DNA of 64,000 nt from an uncultured Candidatus Binatia bacterium (GCA_965215605.1 OZ244070.1:3296001-3360000), one strand, 5' to 3'; counted from the first letter of the stretch, positions 36,870 to 46,337 are shown. Notes: a model not told the origin generated them from the letters alone. Numbers and translations: made by a program.

Positions 36870-37123
36870 CCGAACTCCTTACCGTTGAAGTGACGTAATA
36901 TTGACACGATGGACGTGAGGCCGACACTACCAACAGCGATCATGCTTTGCAAACCGCCAGGCGAGGCGCTGGCAGATCCTTGCAGACCGGGCCTTGCTGG
37001 AACGGATTCTTCTCGTCAAATTGACATTCCAATCAGGATGACCTAGTGACCTGTCTGGTTAATTCGCACCACGAGAATCGAGCTTGAAGACCCCGGACTT
37101 CCGGGTCGGAGAAAGGCATACGC

Positions 37124-38890
37124 ATGTCGGAAATCAAGAAATCGGAACAGCGCTGGCAGTCGGACGTCATCGTCGACCTCATGAAGCTCTACGATATCCC
37201 CTACGTCGCCCTGAATCCGGGGGCGAGCTACCGGGGACTCCACGACTCCATGGTCAACTACGGCGAGAACGATCCCGAGATGCTCCTGTGCAACCACGAG
37301 AAGATCGCGGTGCAGATCGCCCACGGCTACGCCAAGGCCTCGGGCAAGCCCATGATCGCCATCGTGCACGACGTGGTGGGCCTGCTGCACGCGCCCATGG
37401 GGGTCTACTATGCCTACATCGACCGCTGCCCGGTGTTCATCATCGGCGCCACCGGCCCCATGGACGAGAAGTACCGGCGCCCGTTCATCGACTGGATCCA
37501 CACGGCCTTCGCCCAGGGCGACGCGGTGCGGAACTTCACCAAGTGGGACTATCAGCCCGGCAGCATCCACGGCGTGCCGGACTCCTTCGCCCGGGCTTAC
37601 TCCATCATGATGAGCGAGCCCCAGGGCCCCATCTACATGTGCTACGACTCGGCGCTGCAGGAAACCCCGCTCACCGACGACATAACGGTCCCGCCGGCGT
37701 CCGCGGTCAAGGTGCCGTCGCGCATCGCGCCGGAACAAGCGGTGGTCGCCCAGGCCGCCGAGATGCTGGTGAAGGCCGACAACCCGCTGCTGCTCACCGA
37801 GTACGCCGCGCACATGCCCGTGGGTTTCGAGCCCACGGTGGAGTTGGCCGAAACGGTCGGCGCGTCGGTCTTCGACGTCTGCAAGCGGCTGGGCTTCCCC
37901 AACCGCCATCCCCTCAGCATGAGCTTCAACCCGGACGCCTTCGCGGGCGTGGACCTGGTGATGGCGCTCGACGTGGTGGACTGGACCCGCGGCTCTCACA
38001 AGCTCAACACCCAGACCCGCGAGGTCACGGTGGTGACGGCGCCGGACTGCAAATGGGTGGACGCCGGCTTCGCCGACATCGAGATCAGCAAGTGGGCCAC
38101 CGACTACAACAAGCACAACAACTGGGACCTGCGGGTGATGGGGGATACCTCCATCACCATCCCCGAACTCACCAGGGCGTGCGGCGCTCTCATCGACGGC
38201 GACGCGGCGCTGAAGGAGCGCGTCGCGGAGCGCAAGAAGGCGCTGGCGGACAAGCACGAGCGGCAGTGGCAGAAGTGGCAGCAGCAGGTCGAGAAGGAAA
38301 TGGACCAGCGGCCCATGACCGAGTCCCGGCTGGCGTACGAGGTGTGGCAGGCCATCAAGGACGAGGACTGGGTGCTGACCGCCGGGACCCTGAAGGACTG
38401 GGTGCAGAAGATCTGGGACTTCGACAAGCCCTACCGGCATCCGGGCCGGGAACTGGGCACCGGAACGCAGATCGGCATGTCCATCGGCGTGGCGCTGGCC
38501 CACAAGGGGCAGGGCCGGCTGGTGGTGGACCTGCAGCCCGACGGCGACCTCATGTTCGACCTGGGCGCCTTGTGGATGCCCATCAAGTACGACATCCCCA
38601 TGCTGGTGGTCATGTACAACAACCGCGCCTACTACAACGACTGGGCGCACCAGATCCACATGGCCCACCAGCGCGGCACCGACCCCGACCGGGCCTACAT
38701 CGGCATGGACCTGGAGGCGCCGCCGCCGGACTTCGCCCACATCGCGCGGGGCATGGGCTGGTACGCGGAAGGCCCCATCGAGGACCCCTCGGAGGTGGCG
38801 CCGGCAGTGCGCCGGGCCATCGAGCAGGTCAAGGCCGGCAAGCCGGCCCTGGTGGATCCCATCGTCTGGCGCCGGGACATCAACACTTGA
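37124..38890 (+). CDS. Thiamine diphosphate-dependent enzyme (acetolactate synthase/benzoylformate decarboxylase superfamily), paralog 1
   Basis: NPGASYRGLHDS, catalytic CNHEKIAV.IAHGYA, variant ThDP motif QPDGDLMF...YNNRAY. Confidence 0.9.
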   Translation: MSEIKKSEQRWQSDVIVDLMKLYDIPYVALNPGASYRGLHDSMVNYGENDPEMLLCNHEKIAVQIAHGYAKASGKPMIAIVHDVVGLLHAPMGVYYAYIDRCPVFIIGATGPMDEKYRRPFIDWIHTAFAQGDAVRNFTKWDYQPGSIHGVPDSFARAYSIMMSEPQGPIYMCYDSALQETPLTDDITVPPASAVKVPSRIAPEQAVVAQAAEMLVKADNPLLLTEYAAHMPVGFEPTVELAETVGASVFDVCKRLGFPNRHPLSMSFNPDAFAGVDLVMALDVVDWTRGSHKLNTQTREVTVVTAPDCKWVDAGFADIEISKWATDYNKHNNWDLRVMGDTSITIPELTRACGALIDGDAALKERVAERKKALADKHERQWQKWQQQVEKEMDQRPMTESRLAYEVWQAIKDEDWVLTAGTLKDWVQKIWDFDKPYRHPGRELGTGTQIGMSIGVALAHKGQGRLVVDLQPDGDLMFDLGALWMPIKYDIPMLVVMYNNRAYYNDWAHQIHMAHQRGTDPDRAYIGMDLEAPPPDFAHIARGMGWYAEGPIEDPSEVAPAVRRAIEQVKAGKPALVDPIVWRRDINT

Positions 38891-38909
38891 GCCACGAGAG
38901 GAATCAGGC

Positions 38910-40694
38910 ATGAGCAAGGCGGAGAAGGTCGAGGGAGTCGAGATCAAGAAGTCGGACCGCAAGTGGCAGTCGGACGTCATCGTCGACATGGTCAAGCGCT
39001 ACGGGTTCGAGTACATCGCGCTCAACCCCGGGGCCAGCTACCGGGGCCTTCACGACTCGCTGGTGAACTACGGCGAGAACGACCCGCCGATGATGCTGTG
39101 CAATCACGAGAAGATCGCGGTGCAGATCGCCCACGGCTACGCCCGCGCCAGCGGCAAGCCGATGATCGCCATCGTCCACAACCTGGTGGGGCTGCTGCAC
39201 GCGCCCATGGGCATCTACTACGCCTACCTCGACCGGGCGCCCATCTTCATCATGGGAGCCACCGGCCCCATGGAAGAACCCAAGCGCCGGCCGTTCATCG
39301 ACTGGATCCATTCCGCCAGCGTCCAGGGCGAGGCCATCCGCCACTACGTCAAGTGGGATTCCCAGCCCACCACCATCGACGCCGTGCCCGGCGCCTTCGC
39401 CCGGGCCTATGCGGTGATGATGAGCGGCAAGCAGGGGCCCATCTACATGTGCTACGACGCCGGCCTCCAGGAGGCGGCGCTGGACCACGACGTGGCCATG
39501 CCGCCGGAGGACAACGTGCACGTGCCGGCGCAGGCAATGGCGGATCCCACCGCTTTGGAAAAGGCCGCGGACACCTTGGCCGCCGCCAAACGCCCGGTCA
39601 TCGTGGCGGATTTCGCCGCCCGCCCGCCCCACGGCTGGGACCACGTGGTGGAGCTGGCCGAGACCCTGGGAGCGGCGGTGTGGGACTGCGACTCGCGGCT
39701 CAACTTCCCCAGCGAGCATCCGCTGAACCTGAGCATGGACAGCGAGGGGTGCTACAAGGACGCCGACGTCGTGCTGACCCTGGACATCGCCGATTTCGAG
39801 AAACCCACCCACGTGCGCGACATCGCCACCCGCACGGTGGTGAGCATGGTGCCGGAGGACGCTACCTGGATCGACATCGGCTACACCGACACGGAGATCA
39901 GCAAGTGGGCCATGACCTACGCCAGGCCGTTCTACGCGCACCAGCGCATGACCGCGGACCCCGTGACCGCGGCGCCGGCGTTGACCAAGCTCCTGAAGGA
40001 GCGCATCGCCGCAACGCCGGGCCGGGCCGGACAGATCGCGAAGAGGACCGAAGAGGTGGGCAAGCGTCACGCCGAGATCCGGGCTGAATGGCTCAAACAG
40101 GCGAAGGAAGACCGCTGGGACGCGGTGCCCATGACCGTGCCGCGGCTGGCGCTGGAGGTGTGGGACGCCATCAAGGACGAGGACTGGGTGCTCACCTCCG
40201 GCACGCTGCACGACTGGGCGCGGCGGCTGTGGAACTTCGACAAGCCCTACCGCCACGGCGGCCGCGAGCTGGGCACCGGCACGCAGATCGGCATTTCCCT
40301 GGGCGTGGCCCTGGCCCACAGGGGGAAGGGACGGCTGGTGGTGGACCTGCAGCCCGACGGCGATCTGATGTTCGACGCCGGAAGCCTGTGGATCGCCGCC
40401 AAGTACCAGATCCCCATGCTTATCGTGATGTATAACAACCGCGCCTACTACAACGACTGGAACCACCAGATCGTCATGGCCCGCAACCGCGGCACCGATC
40501 CGTCGCGCGCCCACATCGGCATGGACCTGTGCGGCCCGGACCCCGACTTCGCCACCCTGGCCCGCTCCATGGGCTGGTACGGCGAGGGCCCCATCGAGGA
40601 CGCCGACGACCTCAGGCCCGCCCTGGACCGCGCCATCGAGCAGGTCAAGCAGGGGCAGCCGGCGCTGGTGGACACCATTACCCAGCGGCGCTGA
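38910..40694 (+). CDS. Thiamine diphosphate-dependent enzyme, paralog 2
   Basis: Same motifs as paralog 1 with long identical peptide blocks; 19-nt gap between the genes. Confidence 0.9.
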   Translation: MSKAEKVEGVEIKKSDRKWQSDVIVDMVKRYGFEYIALNPGASYRGLHDSLVNYGENDPPMMLCNHEKIAVQIAHGYARASGKPMIAIVHNLVGLLHAPMGIYYAYLDRAPIFIMGATGPMEEPKRRPFIDWIHSASVQGEAIRHYVKWDSQPTTIDAVPGAFARAYAVMMSGKQGPIYMCYDAGLQEAALDHDVAMPPEDNVHVPAQAMADPTALEKAADTLAAAKRPVIVADFAARPPHGWDHVVELAETLGAAVWDCDSRLNFPSEHPLNLSMDSEGCYKDADVVLTLDIADFEKPTHVRDIATRTVVSMVPEDATWIDIGYTDTEISKWAMTYARPFYAHQRMTADPVTAAPALTKLLKERIAATPGRAGQIAKRTEEVGKRHAEIRAEWLKQAKEDRWDAVPMTVPRLALEVWDAIKDEDWVLTSGTLHDWARRLWNFDKPYRHGGRELGTGTQIGISLGVALAHRGKGRLVVDLQPDGDLMFDAGSLWIAAKYQIPMLIVMYNNRAYYNDWNHQIVMARNRGTDPSRAHIGMDLCGPDPDFATLARSMGWYGEGPIEDADDLRPALDRAIEQVKQGQPALVDTITQRR

Positions 40695-40754
40695 GCGGGT
40701 CGGAGTTTCGCCGTTATCGCCCTCTCCGTGCGGCCTGCACTCCCGGCGCCTGGA

Positions 40755-41132
40755 ATGCCGTACGAATACTACGACATAAGAGGCTACGAGCGGCTCATCG
40801 TCCGCATCACCCTGGGCCTCGACGCCGGCACCGCCACCGACGTGGAACGCTACGGCGCCGCCTCCGTCCTGTGGAGCCTCTACAACCGTCTTCGGGAAGA
40901 CCAGCGGGAGGTGTTCCTGGTCGGGCTGGGCAACGCGCTGGAGAAGAACGCCAGCCGCAAGGCGCTGTCCCAGATGGTGCTGTTCGCCTCCAACCCGGTG
41001 CTGGACGTGGACCACAGCATCGACATCCTGGGGGACTGGTTCGTCAAGAACAAGAAGGCCGACCCGGGCCTGTACGAGGCGCTGGACGCCTACTGGCGGC
41101 GGCGCTTCAGCCGCGGATTCGACGAGGAGTAG
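40755..41132 (+). CDS. Hypothetical protein (125 aa)
   Basis: Start re-called at MPYEYY; host-like codon usage; co-oriented with the ThDP pair; no family recognised. Confidence 0.65.
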   Translation: MPYEYYDIRGYERLIVRITLGLDAGTATDVERYGAASVLWSLYNRLREDQREVFLVGLGNALEKNASRKALSQMVLFASNPVLDVDHSIDILGDWFVKNKKADPGLYEALDAYWRRRFSRGFDEE

Positions 41133-41162
41133 GGCGGCGGGGGTGAGCCCGTTGCCGGACCG

Positions 41163-41984
41163 CTATTCGTCGAAGAACGCCAGGGTGCGGATCTCGATGC
41201 TCTCCCGCGGCGGCGCATCCTCGGAAGTGTGGGGATGCTCGAAGGCGGAATGCGCGCTGAAGCGCGCCCGCCCGTCCGTCTTCGAATCGTAGCACTTGAA
41301 GACGATGGCCTCGTCCGGCTGCATGTCGGGAAAATAGTAGAGCCGGTGATCCGGGCTGTAGGTGAGGTGGTAGGTCTCGCCGAGCCGATCGGGATGAGGC
41401 CGCACGGTTGGGATGAGGTCCTCGGTGGCGATGCTCTGGGCGTCGCACATGGCCAGGGGGTCCCGCAGCACCGGGTCCAGCATGCCGCGCCACACCTGGA
41501 CCACCGCGAAACGCTTCTTGAGCAGCTCGCCGGCCTCGTCGGGCAGCAAGTCGCGCACCCGCTCCGGCCCGGACCATTCGGTGTAGTCGTTGTGCACGTT
41601 CTGGACCGGCCCCTTGGCGCCTTTCTCCTCGTAGCCGGAGCGCAGGGTGTGGTCGAAGACCAGCACCCGGCAGGCGCCGGTGTTTTCCTTGATCAGCGCC
41701 TCCATCTCGGGATAGTAGACCGCCCGGACCTCGTCCTCGTCGAAGAAGTCGGTCATCTTCGTGGGCTGGGGCCGCAGGGCGAAACCGTGGTGCTCGATGG
41801 AGAGCTCCGGGTGTTGGCGTCCGTTCCGGACCAGGGCCTGGTGGGTCTCGTACGTCCGGTCCTTGTGCGGGTAGCCGAGGCTGGGCTTGTCGAACGTGGT
41901 GACGGGCCGGTGGCCCTTGTGGACCATGTAGTTGAAGCTCGCTTTGACGGCGTCGTCGAGAGTTTCCGCTGTGGCTGTGGCCAT
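41163..41984 (-). CDS. CmcJ/NvfI/AsaB-family oxidoreductase
   Basis: Start MATATAET with AAGGAG RBS; motifs VFDHTLR, VHNDYT, QVWR, PLAMCD, HSAF.HP, PRESIEIR. Confidence 0.85.
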   Translation of the reverse strand: MATATAETLDDAVKASFNYMVHKGHRPVTTFDKPSLGYPHKDRTYETHQALVRNGRQHPELSIEHHGFALRPQPTKMTDFFDEDEVRAVYYPEMEALIKENTGACRVLVFDHTLRSGYEEKGAKGPVQNVHNDYTEWSGPERVRDLLPDEAGELLKKRFAVVQVWRGMLDPVLRDPLAMCDAQSIATEDLIPTVRPHPDRLGETYHLTYSPDHRLYYFPDMQPDEAIVFKCYDSKTDGRARFSAHSAFEHPHTSEDAPPRESIEIRTLAFFDE

Positions 41985-42041
41985 GGTGATCTCCTTCGGG
42001 ACCACGGTCCCCTTGTACTCTGAGTGTGAAAAACGTCTTGT

Positions 42042-43004
42042 CTAGCCCGCCAGCGCCCCCTGTTCCGCCCACGTGCGCTGCACCTCGCGGCTGGTGCTGA
42101 TGAGCGCGAAGTGGGTGGCCATGTTCTTGAGCGAGTAGCGCTGCAGGTCGGCGTCGTAGGCCGCCACGCAGTCTTCCAGCACCACGGTGTAGTAGCCCCG
42201 TGCGAAGGCGTCCCGCACCGTGGCCTCGACGCATCCGTTGGTGGCGGCGCCGGTGAACAGCAACGTCTTGATGCCCAGGCGTCCCAGGGTGGCGTCCATC
42301 CTGGGGTTGGTAAAGCCGCTGTGATGCCACTTCTTGATCCGGACGTCCTCCGGAGCGGGCGCGACGAAGTCGCAGACGTCCCATCCCGGGGTTCCCGGCA
42401 CCGTGTACTTGGCGTTGGCCAGCCCCACCCGGGCGCGCCGGGCCAGGATCGGGCCGTTGTCGTGCTCGTTGTCGTTGGAGGTCTGGGTGTAGATCACCGG
42501 CACCCCCGCGGCCCGGGCCGCTTCCACCATCTCTTTCAGGGGCTCGCGCATGGCCTCCACGAAGCTCAGGTCTCCCTTCATGCGCGCGCCGCCGGGGGCG
42601 CAGAAGTCGTTCTGCACGTCGATGACCACCAGGGCCGTGTGCTGCGTCCGCACCGTGTCCCCAAGCTCCGTCCACACCTCTCGCACCTGGGGCTCCCACA
42701 TCTCCTCCTCGGGGTCGAACTCGTAGTCGGCGATCTCCCGGCTTTGAAAGATCGGCCGCCCGACCTCCTGGGCCACCTGCCGGTGCACCGGGTGGTCCAC
42801 GTAGCGCTGGAGGGCCTCCGCGTCCTCGCAGATGGCCACCATGGCGTAGTCGTAGTCGCCGTCGCCGCGCAGGTTCGCTCCCATGGACCAGCTCAGCAGG
42901 TCCGGGATGGACTCCTTCATGGAGTTGTAGCCCTCGAGCATCCTGTCTATCTGTTCGGGAGATGCGTCCGGCTTGAGCTTGACCATGACGACGTGCTTGA
43001 TCAT
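42042..43004 (-). CDS. Dabb (stress-responsive A/B barrel) + isochorismatase-family cysteine hydrolase fusion
   Basis: N-terminus MIKHVVMVKLK...IPDL...G.N...Y.DHPVH...DY (Dabb). C-terminus VIDVQNDF, KKWHHSGF, ATNGCVEATVRDA (D-K-C triad, RutB-like). GGAGG RBS. Confidence 0.88.
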   Translation of the reverse strand: MIKHVVMVKLKPDASPEQIDRMLEGYNSMKESIPDLLSWSMGANLRGDGDYDYAMVAICEDAEALQRYVDHPVHRQVAQEVGRPIFQSREIADYEFDPEEEMWEPQVREVWTELGDTVRTQHTALVVIDVQNDFCAPGGARMKGDLSFVEAMREPLKEMVEAARAAGVPVIYTQTSNDNEHDNGPILARRARVGLANAKYTVPGTPGWDVCDFVAPAPEDVRIKKWHHSGFTNPRMDATLGRLGIKTLLFTGAATNGCVEATVRDAFARGYYTVVLEDCVAAYDADLQRYSLKNMATHFALISTSREVQRTWAEQGALAG

Positions 43005-43063
43005 CGCAAACCTCCAGGAGGGTTCTGGTCCAGGGTTGCCGAGTTCCACGGCGGTCAATTCGG

Positions 43064-43093
43064 AGAATATCCGATGATGCCGGCGCAAGTCAA
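43064..43093 (-). promoter_or_regulatory. sigma70-type promoter for the Dabb-isochorismatase gene
   Basis: TTGACT-18 nt-TATTCT on the minus strand, 60 nt upstream of the ATG. Confidence 0.55.
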
Positions 43094-43136
43094 TTTCCGG
43101 GAGGGTGCGAGTCCATTGATGCAGAAGGGCGTTTCC

Positions 43137-43154
43137 CGGCCGCGACCGCGGCCG
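43137..43154 (-). promoter_or_regulatory. Putative SECIS hairpin for Sec72 (in the 3' UTR)
   Basis: CGGCCGC-GGTC-GCGGCCG, a perfect 7-bp stem with a GGUC loop, starting 9 nt 3' of the second UGA. Confidence 0.7.
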
Positions 43155-43379
43155 CTACACCGCTCAGCTTCCCCCGAAGCCGACGCTGACCCGGCCGTCC
43201 TCCACAATCACCGGAATGTCGCGGCTGCCGTGGTTCAGGTCCATCATGCGCCGGAGGCCTTCCTCGTCCTCCAGCACGTTGACGTAGTCGACGGGAATAT
43301 TACGGTCCGAGTAGTCCCGACGGGCACTCGCGGTGTAGTCTCAAAGGTCGTGTCCGAAGATCGACACCTTGTCAGGCAT
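43155..43379 (-). CDS. UXX-star family glutaredoxin-like selenoprotein with two selenocysteines (74 aa)
   Basis: Manual translation: MPDKVSIFGHDLUDYTASARRDYSDRNIPVDYVNVLEDEEGLRRMMDLNHGSRDIPVIVEDGRVSVGFGGSUAV*. TGA at codon 13 (43341-43343) and codon 72 (43164-43166), TAG stop, GGAGAGGA RBS, Grx-like IPVIV..G...VGFG. Absent from the ORF track. Confidence 0.9.
43308..43330 (-). promoter_or_regulatory. Putative SECIS hairpin for Sec13
   Basis: CGAGT-G-CCC-GTC-GGG-ACT-ACTCG, starting 10 nt 3' of the first UGA. Confidence 0.65.
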
Positions 43380-43546
43380 GTCTTGTCCTCTCCATTGTGA
43401 TTCCAATCCTCAGTGAAAGCTGTACCGTCAAACGCGGGTCATGGCAATGGTCGAAAATACGGATGCGGGGGTTTCTTGCGCCGGAACTTGTGGTATGAAG
43501 CGGGCTGAACTACTGTCCTGTGCCATCGGTCAGGCGAAGGGAACCC

Positions 43547-44332
43547 ATGTTTGAACGTGTCAAGGAGTTCGGCACCATCACCTTCAGTCTCGTGCTGTTC
43601 ACGGTGCTGTGGGAGCTGTCGGTGTGGCTGTTCTCCGTATCCGAGTTCCTGCTGCCCGCGCCGTCGGTGGTGGCCCTGACCATCCACGAAAAGTTCCTTC
43701 CCCTCATGCAGAACTGCCTCGTGACCTTCCGGGAAACCATCTACGGGTTTCTCATGGGGCTCGTGCTGGGGGTGATTTCGGCCGTCATGATCGTCTACTC
43801 CCGGTTGCTTCAGAATCTTCTCTACCCGCTGATCCTCGTGGCCCAGATCGTTCCCAAGGTGGCCATCGCGCCGCTGCTGCTGATCTGGGTGGGTTACGGC
43901 GAGATGTCCAAGGTGCTCATCGCGTTCCTGGTCTCGTGGTTCCCCATCATCGTCACCACGGTCCAGGGCATGCGCATGGTGCAGCCCGAGATGCTGGACC
44001 TCGTCAAGTCGCTCCAGGCCTCGAACTGGCAGATCTTCACCAAGGTCCGGCTGCCGAACGCGTTGCCGCACTTCTTCGGCGGCCTCAAGATCGCCATCAC
44101 GCTGGCGGTCATCGGCGCCATCATCGGCGAGTTCGTGGGTGGCAACACCGGTCTCGGTTACCTGGTCATGGTCGCCAACTACGAGGTCAATACGCCGTTC
44201 ATGTTCGCGGCCCTCGTCGTGCTGTCGGCCCTGGGCCTGGTCCTTTACGGCGTTCTGGTGCTGCTGGAGATCTGGCTGATCCCGTGGAGCATCGGCGAGG
44301 ACGAGCAGGAGATGACGGGCTTCGGCATGTAG
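43547..44332 (+). CDS. ABC transporter permease, NitT/TauT (SsuC-like) family
   Basis: LLPAPS, QIVPKVAIAPL, EAA-like loop, RLPNALPHFFGGLK, IIGEFVG. Confidence 0.93.
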   Translation: MFERVKEFGTITFSLVLFTVLWELSVWLFSVSEFLLPAPSVVALTIHEKFLPLMQNCLVTFRETIYGFLMGLVLGVISAVMIVYSRLLQNLLYPLILVAQIVPKVAIAPLLLIWVGYGEMSKVLIAFLVSWFPIIVTTVQGMRMVQPEMLDLVKSLQASNWQIFTKVRLPNALPHFFGGLKIAITLAVIGAIIGEFVGGNTGLGYLVMVANYEVNTPFMFAALVVLSALGLVLYGVLVLLEIWLIPWSIGEDEQEMTGFGM

Positions 44333-44398
44333 GCCGGCTGCGGGCGGACGGGGGGCATCCAGCCAGATTGCGGCGTATCGAGTTTGGAACCGAAATCG

Positions 44399-45172
44399 AT
44401 GACGGAAACCGGGAAAGCCATCGAGGTCAGGAACCTCACCAAGGTGTATCCTTCCAAGGATGCCCCCGTCGTCGCGTTGGAGGACGCCTCGTTCGAGGTC
44501 TACGAGCAGGAGTTCATATCCCTGGTCGGTCACAGCGGCTGCGGCAAGACCACCATCATGAAGATCATCGCGGGCCTGCTCGACAAGACCCGCGGCGAGG
44601 TGCTGGTGAACGGCGCCCCGGTGACCGGGCCCAAGTCGAGCACCGGCATCGTGTTCCAGACCCCGGTGCTGTTCCAGTGGCGCACGGTCATCGACAATGT
44701 CCTGTTGCCGGTGGAGATACTGGGCCTCTCCAGGGAGGAATACTATCCCAAGGCCCTGGGGTTGCTGGAGCTGACCGGTCTCACGGAGTTCAAGGACAAG
44801 TACCCGCGGGAGCTGTCCGGCGGCATGCAGCAGCGCGCGTCCATCAGCCGGGCGCTGGTGCACGACCCCTCGCTGCTGTTGCTGGACGAGCCCTTCGGCG
44901 CCCTGGACGCCATGACCCGGGGCGAGATGAACATGGAGCTTCAGCGTATCTGGAGCGAAAAGAAAAAGACCAGCCTGCTGATCACCCACAGCATCCCGGA
45001 AGCGGTTTTCCTGGCGGACCGGGTCATGGTGATGACGCCCCGGCCGGGCCGCATCACCGACATCATCGACATCGGACTGCCGCGGCCCCGGACCCCGGAG
45101 ATGCGGCTGTCGGCGGAGTTCACCGAATGTGTGAGGGAGGTGGGGAAGACCATCGGGCTGCAGTATCTGTAA
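44399..45172 (+). CDS. ABC transporter ATP-binding protein, NitT/TauT family
   Basis: GHSGCGKTT, LSGGMQQR, LLLDEPFGALDAMTR, ITHSIPEA. Confidence 0.95.
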   Translation: MTETGKAIEVRNLTKVYPSKDAPVVALEDASFEVYEQEFISLVGHSGCGKTTIMKIIAGLLDKTRGEVLVNGAPVTGPKSSTGIVFQTPVLFQWRTVIDNVLLPVEILGLSREEYYPKALGLLELTGLTEFKDKYPRELSGGMQQRASISRALVHDPSLLLLDEPFGALDAMTRGEMNMELQRIWSEKKKTSLLITHSIPEAVFLADRVMVMTPRPGRITDIIDIGLPRPRTPEMRLSAEFTECVREVGKTIGLQYL

Positions 45173-45212
45173 TGAGGTCGCAATAGAAACTCTAACTCGG
45201 GAGGTACACGAA

Positions 45213-46217
45213 ATGAGACGCATAACCATCGCCCTTGCGATTTTCCTGGTCTGCCTGTTCGTCGCCGGCAGCGCATCGGCCGCGGACAAGGTCAAGTTCG
45301 CGCTGGACTGGATCCCCTACGGCAAGCACGCCATGTTCTACGTGAACATCGACAAGGGGTTCTGGAAGGAAGCGGGCCTCGACGTGCAGATGACCCGGGG
45401 CTTCGGCTCCGGCGACACCGTGAAGCGCATCGCCTCGGGCACCGACGACTTCGGCTTCGCGTCGGTGGGTAACATGATCGCGGCCAGGTCGCGAGGCGCC
45501 GAGCTCAAGATGGTCGGCATGATCCACGACAAGACCCTGGAGACCGTGGCCACGCTGGTGGGGAACAAGATCGCCAAGCCGTCCGACCTCGAGGGGAAGA
45601 AGATCGGCTCGCCCGAGGCCAATGCCTCGCGGGTCATCTTTCCGGCCTTCGCCAACATCAACAAGTTCGACAACAAGAAGGTCACGTGGGTCAACATGAC
45701 GGTGCCGGCCACCACGCCGAGTCTCCTGGCCGGACGCGTGGACGCCATCCTGATCTTCTACACAGAGAAGCCGACGGTGGACGCGGCCTCCAAGAAGGTC
45801 GGCAAAACGCCGCTGTACATGCTCTACGCCGACCACGGCATGGCCACGTACGGCAACGGGCTGCTGGTGTCCGAGAAGACCCTCAAGAACAAGCCGGACC
45901 TGGTGAAACGCTTCCTGGCGGCCACCTACAAGGGCATCGCCTGGTCGGTGGAGAACCCGCAGGAGGCCGTGGACATCTTCATCAAGCACAACCCGGCCAT
46001 CAGCCCGGACCTGGCGCGGAAGCACTTCGACATCGCGGTGGACTCGCTTCTGTCCGCCAATGCCTTGAAGGAAGGCATCGGCCACATGACCCGGGATCGC
46101 ATGGTGTTCACCAACGATCTCATCACCAAGCACATGAAGCTTCCGAAGAAGACGGCGGTGGAGGAGGTCTACACCAACGAGTTCCTGCCGAAGCTCTTCC
46201 CGAAGCGCGCCAAGTAG
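45213..46217 (+). CDS. ABC substrate-binding protein, NMT1/THI5-like
   Basis: Signal peptide ASA|ADKV, LDWIP..H..FY...KGFWKEAGLDV, DLEGKKIG. Confidence 0.9.
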   Translation: MRRITIALAIFLVCLFVAGSASAADKVKFALDWIPYGKHAMFYVNIDKGFWKEAGLDVQMTRGFGSGDTVKRIASGTDDFGFASVGNMIAARSRGAELKMVGMIHDKTLETVATLVGNKIAKPSDLEGKKIGSPEANASRVIFPAFANINKFDNKKVTWVNMTVPATTPSLLAGRVDAILIFYTEKPTVDAASKKVGKTPLYMLYADHGMATYGNGLLVSEKTLKNKPDLVKRFLAATYKGIAWSVENPQEAVDIFIKHNPAISPDLARKHFDIAVDSLLSANALKEGIGHMTRDRMVFTNDLITKHMKLPKKTAVEEVYTNEFLPKLFPKRAK

Positions 46218-46267
46218 TTTCCAGCCAACCCGGCTCTGCGGGCCGGGGGTAGTTGATCGACGGGACG

Positions 46268-46300
46268 GGTGGGACTCCGCCGCGGATGCGGAGTCCCACC
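46268..46300. repeat. Perfect 13-bp intergenic inverted repeat
   Basis: GGTGGGACTCCGC-CGCGGAT-GCGGAGTCCCACC between the SBP and oxidase genes. Confidence 0.65.
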
Positions 46301-46337
46301 GTCGCGTCTTTACGCCGTCCGTGGGAAGGAAATCGAA

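Noticed and set aside
36970-37015. sigma54 promoter (TGGCAGATCCTTGCA; TGGAACGGATTCTTCT)
   Set aside because: GG-to-GC spacing is 9 rather than the required 10 in the first; the second lacks the -12 GC.
43164-43343. Pseudogene interpretation of the TGA-interrupted ORF
   Set aside because: Both TGAs fall at redox-motif positions, each has a downstream hairpin, and RBS, start and stop are intact.
43490-43546. TPP riboswitch upstream of the NMT1/THI5-like ABC system
   Set aside because: It ends in GCGAAGGGAA but lacks the CUGAGA and CCUGA core and is too short.
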